This document shows positions 1 to 9,972 of a DNA stretch of 32,000 nucleotides, piece by piece. The translations under genes were made by a program, and so were the position numbers. The DNA comes from Vibrio vulnificus CMCP6 (lineage in GTDB: Bacteria; Pseudomonadota; Gammaproteobacteria; Enterobacterales; Vibrionaceae). Where the stretch lies: positions 1,950,001 through 1,982,000 of the forward strand of contig NC_004459.3 in the NCBI RefSeq assembly GCF_000039765.1, written 5' to 3'. Within the stretch, counting starts at the first letter, position 1, and every line of letters begins with the position of its first letter. Below the pieces are notes generated by a model. That model was not told where the DNA came from, searched no databases, and saw nothing but the letters and a program-made list of their open reading frames with translations.

Positions 1-1
1 C

Positions 2-574
2 GAACCTGAAGTTGAAACCATTGAGGCTGAAGTAGAGCAAATCGCCGAAGACGTTCAGGTTGAGTTAGAAACGCAAACGTCTGCTAGTGAACAGAAAGAT
101 TGGACGTCGACTCAACGAGATATCGCTTTCCAAGTGCTCTATTTTGACGTCAACAGCGTCACCTTTGCTGTTCCGTTGGATGAGTTGGGTGGCATCCATC
201 AACTGACACAGTTGAACCACTTAATCGGCAGGCCGGGTTGGTACCTAGGCTTGCAAACCAATCGGGATCAGCAACTGGATGTGGTTGATACGGCACGTTG
301 GGTCATGCCAGACAAACTGGCTGATGAAGAATACAAATCGAACTATCAATATATTGTCATGCTAGGTAATAGCATGTGGGGTTTAGCCAGCAATAAGTTG
401 CTGGGCACTGAGCTTCTTTATCCAGAAAAAGTGCGTTGGCGCGAGCAATCGGGTAAGCGTCCTTGGCTTGCTGGCATGGTGAAAGAGAAAATGTGTGCTT
501 TAATTCATGTAGACGCATTAATTTCCATGCTAAATGCCGGGCTGGATGTAAAATCATTAAATTCAGAATTTTGA
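2..574 (+). CDS. parP: CheW-like domain protein, ParP-like chemotaxis array coupling/localisation protein (5' truncated by window edge)
   Basis: The frame stays open from base 2 (EPEVETIEAEVEQIAEDVQ...) into the listed 134..574 ORF. The C-terminal part is CheW-like, with an acidic linker before it. It lies directly upstream of cheW, as in the Vibrio parC-parP-cheW arrangement. Confidence 0.75.
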   Translation, partial: EPEVETIEAEVEQIAEDVQVELETQTSASEQKDWTSTQRDIAFQVLYFDVNSVTFAVPLDELGGIHQLTQLNHLIGRPGWYLGLQTNRDQQLDVVDTARWVMPDKLADEEYKSNYQYIVMLGNSMWGLASNKLLGTELLYPEKVRWREQSGKRPWLAGMVKEKMCALIHVDALISMLNAGLDVKSLNSEF

Positions 575-606
575 GAAGTCGGGAACGACATTAACGAGGA
601 TTAGCC

Positions 607-1101
607 ATGTCTCATTCTAACGAAGTAGAAGTTAAAAAAGATCACACAAATGATGAAGTACTTCAGTGGGTGACGTTCCAGCTGGAAGAAGAAACTTACG
701 GCATTAACGTAATGCAAGTTCGTGAAGTGCTTCGTTATACAGAAATTGCACCTGTTCCGGGCGCGCCAGATTACGTTTTAGGCATCATCAACCTACGTGG
801 TAACGTCGTAACGGTTATCGATACACGTTCTCGTTTTGGTTTGATGGAAGGTGAAGTGACAGACAACACCCGTATCATCGTGATTGAATCTGAGCATCAA
901 GTGATTGGTATCTTAGTCGATAGTGTTGCGGAAGTGGTTTACCTACGTTCATCTGAAATTGACTCGACGCCTTCTGTGGGCACAGACGAAAGCGCGAAAT
1001 TCATCCAAGGTGTAAGCAACCGTGACGGCAAACTATTGATTCTAGTTGACCTTAACAAGCTACTGACCGACGAAGAATGGGATGAAATGGCTCATCTATA
1101 A
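607..1101 (+). CDS. cheW: Chemotaxis coupling protein CheW
   Basis: 164 aa. Typical CheW sequence (WVTFQLEEETYGINVMQVREVLRYTEIAPVPGAPDYVLGIINLRGNVVTVIDTRSRFGL). Confidence 0.95.
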   Translation: MSHSNEVEVKKDHTNDEVLQWVTFQLEEETYGINVMQVREVLRYTEIAPVPGAPDYVLGIINLRGNVVTVIDTRSRFGLMEGEVTDNTRIIVIESEHQVIGILVDSVAEVVYLRSSEIDSTPSVGTDESAKFIQGVSNRDGKLLILVDLNKLLTDEEWDEMAHL

Positions 1102-1601
1102 TGGTTGAGATGTTTTCTAATAGTCCAGCGTTGCTTGTCGGTGTTGGACTTTTCGTCTTACTGTTGTTGGTTGTGCTTCAGCTACGGATAAAAGCGACGT
1201 TGCAAGCGCGTTTGGATAGCCAAGGGCAGAAGCTGCGTAGCAGCGAGAAAGAGTTACAAAAAGCGAACAAGCAGCTATTAGAAGTGAGATCGGTTGTTAT
1301 CGGTTTAGGCCAACGCGTCAGTGAGCAACAAGAGATCATTCAACACTTAACAGAGCGCGTGGTTGAGCTTGAGCAAGCGGATACCGACGGGCGTTTGTAT
1401 ACTCGAGCCAGCAAAATGGTTCAACTTGGCGCAGACGTCAACGAACTGATTAAAGAGTGCGAACTGCCAAAAGCAGAAGCCGAGTTGATGCTTTCTCTGC
1501 AAAAGAAAATTGCAGGTAAAGAGAAAATTCCACCGCTAAGCAGCCAATTGTCGGACTTAGACGAAACGGCAGCAAAAAAAGCACCGACGCGTCGCCGATA
1601 G
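1101..1601 (+). CDS. DUF2802 family protein with N-terminal transmembrane helix and coiled coil
   Basis: Start codon overlaps the cheW stop (ATAATG). N-terminal hydrophobic helix ALLVGVGLFVLLLLVVLQL, then a coiled-coil region. Position next to cheW fits the Vibrio chemotaxis cluster. Confidence 0.7.
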   Translation: MVEMFSNSPALLVGVGLFVLLLLVVLQLRIKATLQARLDSQGQKLRSSEKELQKANKQLLEVRSVVIGLGQRVSEQQEIIQHLTERVVELEQADTDGRLYTRASKMVQLGADVNELIKECELPKAEAELMLSLQKKIAGKEKIPPLSSQLSDLDETAAKKAPTRRR

Positions 1602-1625
1602 TGTGATTTAAACAGTTAGAGAGAC

Positions 1626-1653
1626 AAAAAGAAGCTTCGGCTTCTTTTTTTTT
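1626..1653 (+). terminator. Rho-independent terminator of the chemotaxis cluster
   Basis: AAAAAGAAGC-TTCG-GCTTCTTTTT perfect stem with UUCG-type loop, followed by a T-run. Confidence 0.85.
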
Positions 1654-1893
1654 GTATTTGGCCAAAAACGGCCATTTCTCCATGATTCATGCATCTGAAG
1701 GAATAGAGGTGGAAAGTTCAAGGAACTCAATAAAATTGAGAGACTTATCACTCTATAGAGGTAAATTTAAATAAATGTGATAACAGGTTAACAAATTCTC
1801 ACCAACTGACAAACATAGAGGCTTTGTTATCCTGTCTTGTCACTTATTAGGTGTGTTAATATACCCCTCTAATTTGTGTCGCTATGAATCCTT

Positions 1894-2511
1894 ATGCTAG
1901 AAGTATCCAATTTAACTGCTATTCGCGATGAACGCGTCCTTTTTGAAAATCTTCAGTTTGAAATCAAACCCGGTGAGTTGGTGCAGATTGAAGGTCGAAA
2001 CGGTACGGGTAAAACAACGCTACTTCGAATCGTGACTGGGCTTGGCGATAGAGATGAAGGCGCCATCAAATGGAAAGGGGAGGCGATCGAAAAAAGCCGC
2101 GACCAGTTCCATCAAGACTTGCTTTTTTTAGGTCATCAAACCGGGGTAAAAAGAGAGCTCACCGCGTTTGAAAATTTACGCTTTTATCAATCGATTCATA
2201 ATTCAGATTCCTCTTCAGAACGGATTTTTCATGCCCTGACTCAAGTTGGATTGGCAGGTCGAGAAGATGTGCCCGTTGCACAATTGTCTGCTGGGCAGCA
2301 GAGACGCGTGGCGTTGGCTCGTCTTTGGTTAAGTCATCAGATTCTTTGGATTCTTGATGAGCCGTTAACCGCCATCGACAAACAGGGTGTCAAAGTACTT
2401 GAGTCACTGTTTTCCAACCATGTCGATAATGGGGGCATCGTAATCTTGACGACACACCAAGATATGTTTACAGATAGCCCGAAACTAAGAAAAATTAAAT
2501 TGGGTGATTGA
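1894..2511 (+). CDS. ccmA: Cytochrome c biogenesis heme exporter ATP-binding protein CcmA
   Basis: Walker [10 protein letters not shown], signature LSAGQQRR, Walker B LWILDEP. First gene of the ccm operon. Confidence 0.96.
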   Translation: MLEVSNLTAIRDERVLFENLQFEIKPGELVQIEGRNGTGKTTLLRIVTGLGDRDEGAIKWKGEAIEKSRDQFHQDLLFLGHQTGVKRELTAFENLRFYQSIHNSDSSSERIFHALTQVGLAGREDVPVAQLSAGQQRRVALARLWLSHQILWILDEPLTAIDKQGVKVLESLFSNHVDNGGIVILTTHQDMFTDSPKLRKIKLGD

Positions 2512-3181
2512 GATGATTGCTGCAATGACAACCATTATTCGCCGTGAGCTGCTTATTGCCTTTCGTCGCCAAGCTGACATTTTGAACCCACTGTGGTTCT
2601 TTATCATTGTCATTACGTTGTTCCCCCTCAGTATTGGTCCTGAGCCAAATTTGTTAGCACGTATTGCAGCAGGCATTGTTTGGGTAGCGGCATTGCTATC
2701 TGCTCTATTATCTTTAGAGCGTCTGTTTCGCGATGATTTTCAAGATGGTGCGCTTGAACAAATGATGTTGATGCCGATCCCATTGCAACTTGTGGTGATT
2801 TCAAAGGTCATAGCTCATTGGTTATTAACGGGACTGCCATTGATACTGATCAGTCCGTTGTTGGCGATTTTGCTCTCTTTGGATTTTAATACGTGGCTTT
2901 CGGTGGTACTGACGCTTCTTGTCGGAACGCCAACGCTGAGTTTTATCGGTGCAATTGGTGTGGCGTTAACGGTTGGATTACAAAAAGGCGGTGTATTACT
3001 CAGCCTGTTAATCTTGCCTTTGTATATCCCAATTTTGATTTTTGCGACGTCAGCGATTGATGCTGCAGCATTGGGTATGACGTATAACGGCCAGTTAGCC
3101 ATATTGGGAGCAATGTTGGTCGGCGGTATGACACTGACACCGTTTGCCATTAGCGCCGCCCTGAGAGTCAGCGTTAACTAA
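2504..3181 (+). CDS. ccmB: Heme exporter membrane protein CcmB
   Basis: 225 aa, multi-span. Overlaps the ccmA end. Contains [21 protein letters not shown], typical of CcmB. Confidence 0.95.
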   Translation: MIEMIAAMTTIIRRELLIAFRRQADILNPLWFFIIVITLFPLSIGPEPNLLARIAAGIVWVAALLSALLSLERLFRDDFQDGALEQMMLMPIPLQLVVISKVIAHWLLTGLPLILISPLLAILLSLDFNTWLSVVLTLLVGTPTLSFIGAIGVALTVGLQKGGVLLSLLILPLYIPILIFATSAIDAAALGMTYNGQLAILGAMLVGGMTLTPFAISAALRVSVN

Positions 3182-3300
3182 CTATACCGAGAATGATTAA
3201 CTGAGGTTAATACAAGATCGGATCAAAGAATTATTATTAAAGCACTGCTAGTGTAACACGCTAAGTTTGTGCCTGAGTGAAGTAAGAGTGAGAACTAAAC

Positions 3301-4044
3301 ATGTGGAAATGGCTCCATCCTTATGCAAAGCCAGAAACAGCCTACCAGCTTAGTGGTAAGTTGTTACCTTGGTTTTCCGTTTTAGCCCTGATCTTTTTGA
3401 CGGTAGGTACAGTGTGGGGACTTGCATTCGCACCCTCCGACTATCAACAAGGTGACAGTTTTAGAATCATCTATATCCACGTCCCATCTGCGATTTGGTC
3501 GATGGGTGTGTACATGTCGATGGCCATTGCCGCATTTATCGGCCTAGTTTGGCAAGTCCGTCTTTCTGAAATGGCAGCGTTGGCGATGGCGCCAATCGGT
3601 GCTGTTTATACCTTTATTGCGTTGGTAACAGGTGCCGTATGGGGTAAGCCGATGTGGGGCACTTGGTGGGTATGGGATGCTCGCCTGACTTCAGAATTAA
3701 TTCTTCTATTTCTTTACTTGGGTGTGATTGCGCTTTATCACGCATTTGATGACCAGAAAACAGCGGCAAAAGCAGCGGGCATCCTGGCCATTGTTGGTGT
3801 GATTAACCTGCCAATTATTCACTTCTCCGTAGAGTGGTGGAATACCTTGCACCAAGGTGCCACCATTACCAAATTTGCTAAGCCTTCCATTGCTTCGACC
3901 ATGTTATGGCCGCTGCTAACAAATATTTTGGGCTTTGCGTTTTTCTTTGCCGCGGTGACGATGGTTCGTTTCCGTAATGAAATCATCAGTAAAGAAAGTC
4001 ATCGTCCTTGGGTGCGCCAGTTGGCGCTTGGCAAGACTCAGTGA
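3301..4044 (+). CDS. ccmC: Heme exporter/heme-binding protein CcmC
   Basis: WWD motif WGTWWVWDARLTSELILLFLYLG; 247 aa, six predicted TM segments. Confidence 0.96.
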   Translation: MWKWLHPYAKPETAYQLSGKLLPWFSVLALIFLTVGTVWGLAFAPSDYQQGDSFRIIYIHVPSAIWSMGVYMSMAIAAFIGLVWQVRLSEMAALAMAPIGAVYTFIALVTGAVWGKPMWGTWWVWDARLTSELILLFLYLGVIALYHAFDDQKTAAKAAGILAIVGVINLPIIHFSVEWWNTLHQGATITKFAKPSIASTMLWPLLTNILGFAFFFAAVTMVRFRNEIISKESHRPWVRQLALGKTQ

Positions 4045-4056
4045 GGGTTTTAGATC

Positions 4057-4263
4057 ATGCATTTTGAATCTCTGAGCGAATTTTTTGCTATGGGTGGGTA
4101 CGCTTCTTACGTGTGGGGCGCTTTTGGTATTACCTTTTTGGCCATGCTGATTCTATTGATCAGCAGCTTACGTCGTAGCGATGCGCTTCTTAAAGAAGTA
4201 AAAGCGAAGATAGATCGTCAGGCACGTATCGATGCCGCGAAGAATATGGAGAACACCCTATGA
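4057..4263 (+). CDS. ccmD: Heme exporter protein CcmD
   Basis: 68 aa with a single TM, beginning [22 protein letters not shown]; between ccmC and ccmE. Confidence 0.93.
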
Positions 4264-4745
4264 ATCCAAGACGTCAAAAGAGACTGGGGATTATTTTAGC
4301 GATTTTAATCGGTGTCAGTGCCACTATCGGTTTGATGATCTACGCCTTGAACCAAAACATGGACCTTTTCTATACCCCAACCGAATTGGTGAATGGCAAA
4401 GATGATGGCACTAAGCCAGAAGTTGGTCAGCGCCTACGTATTGGTGGAATGGTGGTGATGGGGTCTGTGAGACGTGATCCAGAATCTCTCAAAGTACGCT
4501 TTGATCTTGCGGATGTGGGCCCTAAAGTGACCATCGAGTACGAAGGTATCCTGCCAGACTTGTTCCGTGAAGGACAAGGTATCGTGGCTCAAGGTGTCTT
4601 AAAAGACGCCACGACGGTTGAAGCGTTTGAAGTTTTAGCAAAACATGATGAAGAGTACATGCCACCAGAAATCGCAGAGGCGATGAAAAAAACGCATGCA
4701 CCGCTTCAATACTCTGAAGAACAAAAACAAGGAAGCGGCCAATGA
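4260..4745 (+). CDS. ccmE: Periplasmic heme chaperone CcmE
   Basis: [13 protein letters not shown]... heme-attachment region [13 protein letters not shown]. Confidence 0.96.
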
Positions 4746-6724
4746 TTGCTGAAATCGGTCACTTTGCCCTCATCGTCTCACTGGCGATGGCGGTATTATT
4801 GAGCTTACTGCCCCTGTGGGGAGCCTCAAACAACAACACCATGTTAATGAACAGTGCACGTCCGCTCTCTTGGGCAATGTTCATCATGCTGTTTATCTCT
4901 TTCATCGTGCTGAGTTACGGCTTCTATGCCAATGACTTCACGTTGCAATACGTCGCAAGCAACTCAAATAGCCAGTTACCTTGGTATTATCGCCTTACCG
5001 CGGTGTGGGGTGCGCATGAAGGTTCATTGTTGCTATGGGTACTTATCCAAGCCGCATGGACGGTTGCGGTGGCCACATTCAGTCGCGGCATGCCACAAGA
5101 ATCTGTGGCGCGAGTACTTGCAGTGATGGGGATGATTTCAGTTGGTTTCCTGCTGTTTATTATCGTTACTTCAAACCCATTCTTGCGTACGTTGCCATTC
5201 TTCCCAGTCGATGGTCGTGATCTAAACCCACTGTTGCAAGACCCGGGTTTGATTGTTCACCCACCTATGCTCTACATGGGTTACGTTGGCTTCTCTGTGG
5301 CATTCTCTTTTGCGATTGCCTCGCTGATGACAGGTCGTCTTGATACTGCGTGGGCTCGTTGGTCTCGCCCGTGGACAACCGCTGCATGGGTTTTCCTGAC
5401 ATTAGGTATTGCACTTGGATCTTGGTGGGCATACTACGAGCTTGGCTGGGGTGGTTGGTGGTTCTGGGATCCAGTAGAAAACGCCTCTTTCATGCCTTGG
5501 CTTGCGGGTACGGCGCTAATGCATTCACTTGCGGTTACTGAAAAACGCGGTACGTTTAAAGCCTGGACAGTGCTACTGGCGATCTCTGCGTTCTCATTAA
5601 GCTTGTTGGGTACTTTCTTAGTCCGTTCAGGCATCTTGGTTTCGGTGCACGCGTTTGCATCCGATCCTTCTCGCGGTATGTTTATTCTTGGTTTCCTCGT
5701 CTTTGTGATTGGTGGTTCGTTGCTGCTGTTTGCTGTTAAAGGTGCAGCGGTGCGCGTGCGTGGTAATTTTGACTTGGTTTCTCGAGAGAATGCGCTACTG
5801 GCAAACAACGTACTATTGATTGCCGCCTTAGTGGTTGTGTTGGTGGGTACGCTTTTACCATTAGTGCACAAGCAAATTGGTTTAGGCTCGGTTTCTATCG
5901 GCGCACCTTTCTTCGACATGCTATTTGCATGGCTGATGATGCCTTTTGCGTTCTTATTGGGCATTGGCCCTCTGATTCGTTGGAAGCGTGACCAACTTTC
6001 ACACCTGATTAAACCAATGGCCATTTCTGGTGTGCTGGCATTTGCATTAGGCTACCTATGCGTCTATCTGTTCGCGGATTTCTTCGATGTGATGGCATAC
6101 ATTGGCTGGGTGATGGCTATCTGGATCATCGCAATGCACGGCTTCGAGCTTTATGAACGTGCAACGCATCGTCATCCATTCTTGACTGGTGTTCGTAAGC
6201 TACAACGTAGTCACTGGGCAATGATGTTGGGCCATGTTGGTCTCGCAGTGACGGTGATTGGTATTGCGATGGTGCAAAACTACAGTATTGAACGCGACGT
6301 GCGTTTGGCGCCTGGTGAGCATTTCCAAATTCAGGGTTACGATTTCTATTTCTCAGGTCTTCGTGACAAAGATGGTCCGAACTACGACGGCTATATCGCA
6401 GACTTTGAAATCACTCATAACGGTCAGTACGTCAATACATTGCATGCAGAAAAACGTTTTTATCGCACTGCAAAATCAATGATGACCGAGGCAGCAATTG
6501 ACCGTGGCATCACGCGAGATCTCTATATTGCTATGGGTGAACGCTTGGAAGATAACCGTTCTTGGGCTGTTCGTATTTACTACAAACCGTTTGTACGTTG
6601 GATCTGGGCAGGTTCTCTGATTATGTCGTTTGGTGGCTTGTTGGCCATGTCAGACAGGCGTTACCGTTTCCGTAAAAGCAACAAAGCCGAGACGAAAACC
6701 AAGCTAAATGAGCAAGAGGCATAA
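4742..6724 (+). CDS. ccmF: Cytochrome c heme lyase subunit CcmF
   Basis: 660 aa. WWD domain [28 protein letters not shown]. Confidence 0.97.
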
Positions 6725-6725
6725 G

Positions 6726-7280
6726 ATGAACAAGAAAATTCTGTTTATACCGTTGTTTGCCTTTATGGCACTGGCTGTGGTTTTTGCCACTCAGTTGGTT
6801 AAAAACCAACAAGGTGATGATCCAACCAAGCTGGAATCGGTTTTGGTGGGCAAGCCTGTGCCAACTTTTAAGCTGGAAGATCTGGCTGAACCAGGAAAGC
6901 TCTACGATCAGTCGGTTTTCAAAGGTGAACCGCTGCTGCTTAATGTCTGGGCGACTTGGTGTCCAACGTGTTACGCCGAACACCAATACCTCAACGAACT
7001 TGCTGGCAAAGGCGTCAAGATAATCGGTATGAACTACAAAGATGATCGCACCAAAGCGGTGGGGTGGTTGAATGACTTAGGCAATCCATACCTCATTAGT
7101 TTGTTCGATGGTAATGGCATGCTTGGTCTCGATCTTGGTGTTTACGGTGCGCCGGAGACCTTCATTATCGATGCCAACGGCGTGATCCGTTACCGTCATG
7201 TTGGGGATGTAAACCCGCGTAACTGGGCTGAAACGCTGGAACCGCTTTACAACAAATTGGTCGAGGAGGCGAAACAATGA
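6726..7280 (+). CDS. ccmG: Thiol:disulfide interchange protein CcmG/DsbE
   Basis: Thioredoxin-like WATWCPTCYAEH. I place the start at ATG 6726 (MNKKILFIPLFAF), one base after the ccmF stop, rather than at 6708. Confidence 0.94.
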   Translation: MNKKILFIPLFAFMALAVVFATQLVKNQQGDDPTKLESVLVGKPVPTFKLEDLAEPGKLYDQSVFKGEPLLLNVWATWCPTCYAEHQYLNELAGKGVKIIGMNYKDDRTKAVGWLNDLGNPYLISLFDGNGMLGLDLGVYGAPETFIIDANGVIRYRHVGDVNPRNWAETLEPLYNKLVEEAKQ

Positions 7281-7759
7281 AAAAGCTTCTTTTAGCCCTT
7301 TTTGCTGCAATTACCTTCTCGCTTGCGGCACACGCAGCGATTGAGGTGTATGAGTTTGATAACCTTCAGCAGGAACAACAGTTCAAAGAGTTAGGGCATA
7401 CCTTGCGTTGTCCGAAGTGTCAGAACAACACAATTTCCGACTCCAATGCCGAGCTAGCTCAAGATTTGCGCCAGAAAGTGTATGAGATGACCAAAGAAGG
7501 CAAGTCTAAGCAAGAAATCGTTGATTACATGATTGCTCGCTACGGAAACTTCGTGACTTACAACCCACCACTGACGCCAGCAACATCCATTTTGTGGCTA
7601 GGACCCATTGGGGTTATTGTCATTGGTTTTACTTTGATTGTTTTGAGAAGCCGTAAACGCAAAACAGCCAACCAAGCCGAGGATGAGGCATGGGATGCTG
7701 AAAAAGAAGCTCGTCTTAAAGCGTTATTAGACGAAGAGAACAACGGAGACAAACAATAA
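7277..7759 (+). CDS. ccmH: Cytochrome c maturation protein CcmH (CcmL-like, CxxC reductase)
   Basis: LRCPKCQNNTISDSNAELAQDLR motif; signal peptide and C-terminal TM. Confidence 0.95.
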   Translation: MKKLLLALFAAITFSLAAHAAIEVYEFDNLQQEQQFKELGHTLRCPKCQNNTISDSNAELAQDLRQKVYEMTKEGKSKQEIVDYMIARYGNFVTYNPPLTPATSILWLGPIGVIVIGFTLIVLRSRKRKTANQAEDEAWDAEKEARLKALLDEENNGDKQ

Positions 7760-8973
7760 TGACTCTTTTTTGGTTATCCACTGTCGCGCTTACTTTGGTG
7801 GCGTGCGCATTGATTGCAATGCCGTTGTTAAAGCAAAAAGCCAATAATGACGACATATTACGCGACGAGCTGAATAAAGCTTTCTATAAAGATCGCCTCT
7901 CAGAACTTGAGGAAGAAACATCAGAAGGGTTGGTTGAAGATCAGCAAGATTTGATTGCTGACCTGAAACAATCGCTGCTCGATGATGTACCGGGAGAAAA
8001 GAAACAAGCAGAAAGCAAAATTTCGCCGATGGCCGTCTTGATCCCGTCGGTGATTTTGACTGTCGCGCTAAGCTATGGTCTATACATCAAGTTTGGTGCC
8101 TATCAAGATGTGGTGAAATGGCAAGAAGTGAATGCGAACTTGCCTGAGCTTTCGAAAAAATTGATGTCTTCCAGCGCTGAACCGTTAAGCGACGATGAAA
8201 TGGAAGATCTGACTTTAGCATTGCGTACTCGTCTGCATTATCAGCCTGATGATGCGACAGGGTGGTTGTTACTAGGCCGCATTGCTCTGGCGAATCGCGA
8301 CGTCAACACCGCGATTGATGCGATGCAAAAAGCGTTTGATCTGCAACCAGAAGATGCTGACATCAAACTGGGTTACGCACAGGCACTGATGTTGTCACAA
8401 GACGAAATGGACCAAAATACGGCACGTTCGATTTTGAGCCAGTTGGTTCGCGAAGACTATGTTGACTTACGCGTATTCTCTTTGCTGGCATTTGATGCAT
8501 TTGAACGCCAAGACTTTGCTGCAGCCATTAAGTACTGGAGCATCATGCAACAAATGATTGGTCCAGAAGACAGCCGATACGAAATGTTGGCGCGCAGTAT
8601 TGAAAGTGCCAAGCAGCGTATGGGCGAGAATGTCGCCACAGGCAAGAGCGTTGCCGTTACCATCGAGCTTAGCCCGCAAGTGCAGGCGGATCCAAACTCA
8701 GTGCTGATCGTCTCTATACATAATGCGGATGGCTCACCAATGCCTGTTGCTGCGGCTCGTTACCCACTGGGGACATTCCCTCGCACCGTGGTATTGGATG
8801 ATGGCAATAGCATGATGCAAGGACAAAAGCTTTCTAGCTTAAGTGAGCTGATGGTTCGTGCCCGTATCGATAGTGATGGTAACGTGGCCACTCGTGACGG
8901 TGACTGGTATGGCGAAAGCGAACCCGTTGCGTTAGGAACACCAGTGACAGTCAGTATTAATAATCAATATTAA
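7759..8973 (+). CDS. ccmI: Cytochrome c maturation protein CcmI (TPR apocytochrome chaperone)
   Basis: Two N-terminal TMs, TPR-like repeats, follows ccmH; 404 aa. Confidence 0.9.
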   Translation: MTLFWLSTVALTLVACALIAMPLLKQKANNDDILRDELNKAFYKDRLSELEEETSEGLVEDQQDLIADLKQSLLDDVPGEKKQAESKISPMAVLIPSVILTVALSYGLYIKFGAYQDVVKWQEVNANLPELSKKLMSSSAEPLSDDEMEDLTLALRTRLHYQPDDATGWLLLGRIALANRDVNTAIDAMQKAFDLQPEDADIKLGYAQALMLSQDEMDQNTARSILSQLVREDYVDLRVFSLLAFDAFERQDFAAAIKYWSIMQQMIGPEDSRYEMLARSIESAKQRMGENVATGKSVAVTIELSPQVQADPNSVLIVSIHNADGSPMPVAAARYPLGTFPRTVVLDDGNSMMQGQKLSSLSELMVRARIDSDGNVATRDGDWYGESEPVALGTPVTVSINNQY

Positions 8974-8997
8974 TCTTGTTGGCTATCAAGTAGAATC

Positions 8998-9029
8998 ATC
9001 AAGGTCAGTGAATACTGGCCTTGATTTTT
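8998..9029 (+). terminator. Probable Rho-independent terminator of the ccm operon
   Basis: ATCAAGGTCAG-tgaata-CTGGCCTTGAT, 11-bp stem with one G-T pair, followed by a T-run. Confidence 0.75.
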
Positions 9030-9069
9030 ATCTATCGGCAAAATAGTTGCCAACGAAATGGAAATAAAA

Positions 9070-9846
9070 ATGCATTACAAGGGGAAGTCTCTCGCGACAC
9101 TATTACTACTCTTGTTCGGCTTGGCTGGATGTTCAAGTGTGCCAGACGAGCAACAAGAGCAGAACGATGAGGCATCGGCACAACACCACTATGAAGGCGA
9201 TCCGTTTGAGTCGTTTAACCGCTCAATGTGGACCATCAACTACGATTATCTTGACCCTTATATCGTACGTCCTGTCTCTTTGGCTTACGTTGAGTACACG
9301 CCTGGGCCAGTAAGAGTCGGCGTCGCCAATTTCCTCTCTAACCTCGATGAGCCTTCCAGCATGGTGAATAACATCATTATGGGAAATGGGCAGCGAGCGG
9401 TGGACCACTTCAACCGTTTCTGGATTAACTCGACTTTTGGCTTGCTCGGTTTGATCGACATTGCCTCTGCAGCGGGCATCACCAAGCATGATGAAAAAGC
9501 GTTTAGCGACGCCGTCGGCCATTATGGCGTTGGTAATGGTCCCTATTTGATGATCCCTGGCTATGGTCCTTACACCGTAAGGGAAGTGACTGATACCGTT
9601 GATGGTATGTATGTTCCTCTGGTGTACCTCAATTTTTGGGCCGGGCTGGGTAAATGGGCGCTAGAAGGAATGGAAAAACGCGCCTTACTCGTGAATCAAG
9701 AAGGGCAGTTAGAAGCCTCTCCGGATCCTTACGCGTTAACTCGTGAAGTGTATCTCCAGCGCCAAGCATTCAAAGCGGAGATCAAAAAAGAGGAAGTGGA
9801 TGATGAGGAAGAAGCGCTGCTTGATGAGTATTTAGACGAGTATTAG
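9070..9846 (+). CDS. mlaA: MlaA/VacJ family outer-membrane lipoprotein (phospholipid retrograde transport)
   Basis: Lipobox LFGLAGCSS; DPFESFNRSMWTINYDYLDPYIVRPVSLAYVEYTPGPVRVGVANFLSNLDEP is typical of MlaA. Start could instead be 9058. Confidence 0.93.
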   Translation: MHYKGKSLATLLLLLFGLAGCSSVPDEQQEQNDEASAQHHYEGDPFESFNRSMWTINYDYLDPYIVRPVSLAYVEYTPGPVRVGVANFLSNLDEPSSMVNNIIMGNGQRAVDHFNRFWINSTFGLLGLIDIASAAGITKHDEKAFSDAVGHYGVGNGPYLMIPGYGPYTVREVTDTVDGMYVPLVYLNFWAGLGKWALEGMEKRALLVNQEGQLEASPDPYALTREVYLQRQAFKAEIKKEEVDDEEEALLDEYLDEY

Positions 9847-9921
9847 TCGTCGACTACAGGTGATGTTCATAGTCCTCTCAAACCCAATGAGCGATTAAAA
9901 AATCCGCAGATAGCGAAAATG

Positions 9922-9953
9922 AAAAAGGGCTTAGTCAACACTAAGCCCTTTTT
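9922..9953. terminator. Bidirectional terminator between mlaA (+) and fadL1 (-)
   Basis: AAAAAGGGCTTAG-tcaaca-CTAAGCCCTTTTT, perfect 13-bp stem with A/T runs on both sides. Confidence 0.88.
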
Positions 9954-9972
9954 GATCTGCGTATGAACGAGA

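Noticed and set aside
5434-6024. 196-aa minus-strand ORF inside ccmF
   Set aside because: Antisense to a strongly conserved membrane protein gene, with composition typical of the complement of a hydrophobic CDS.
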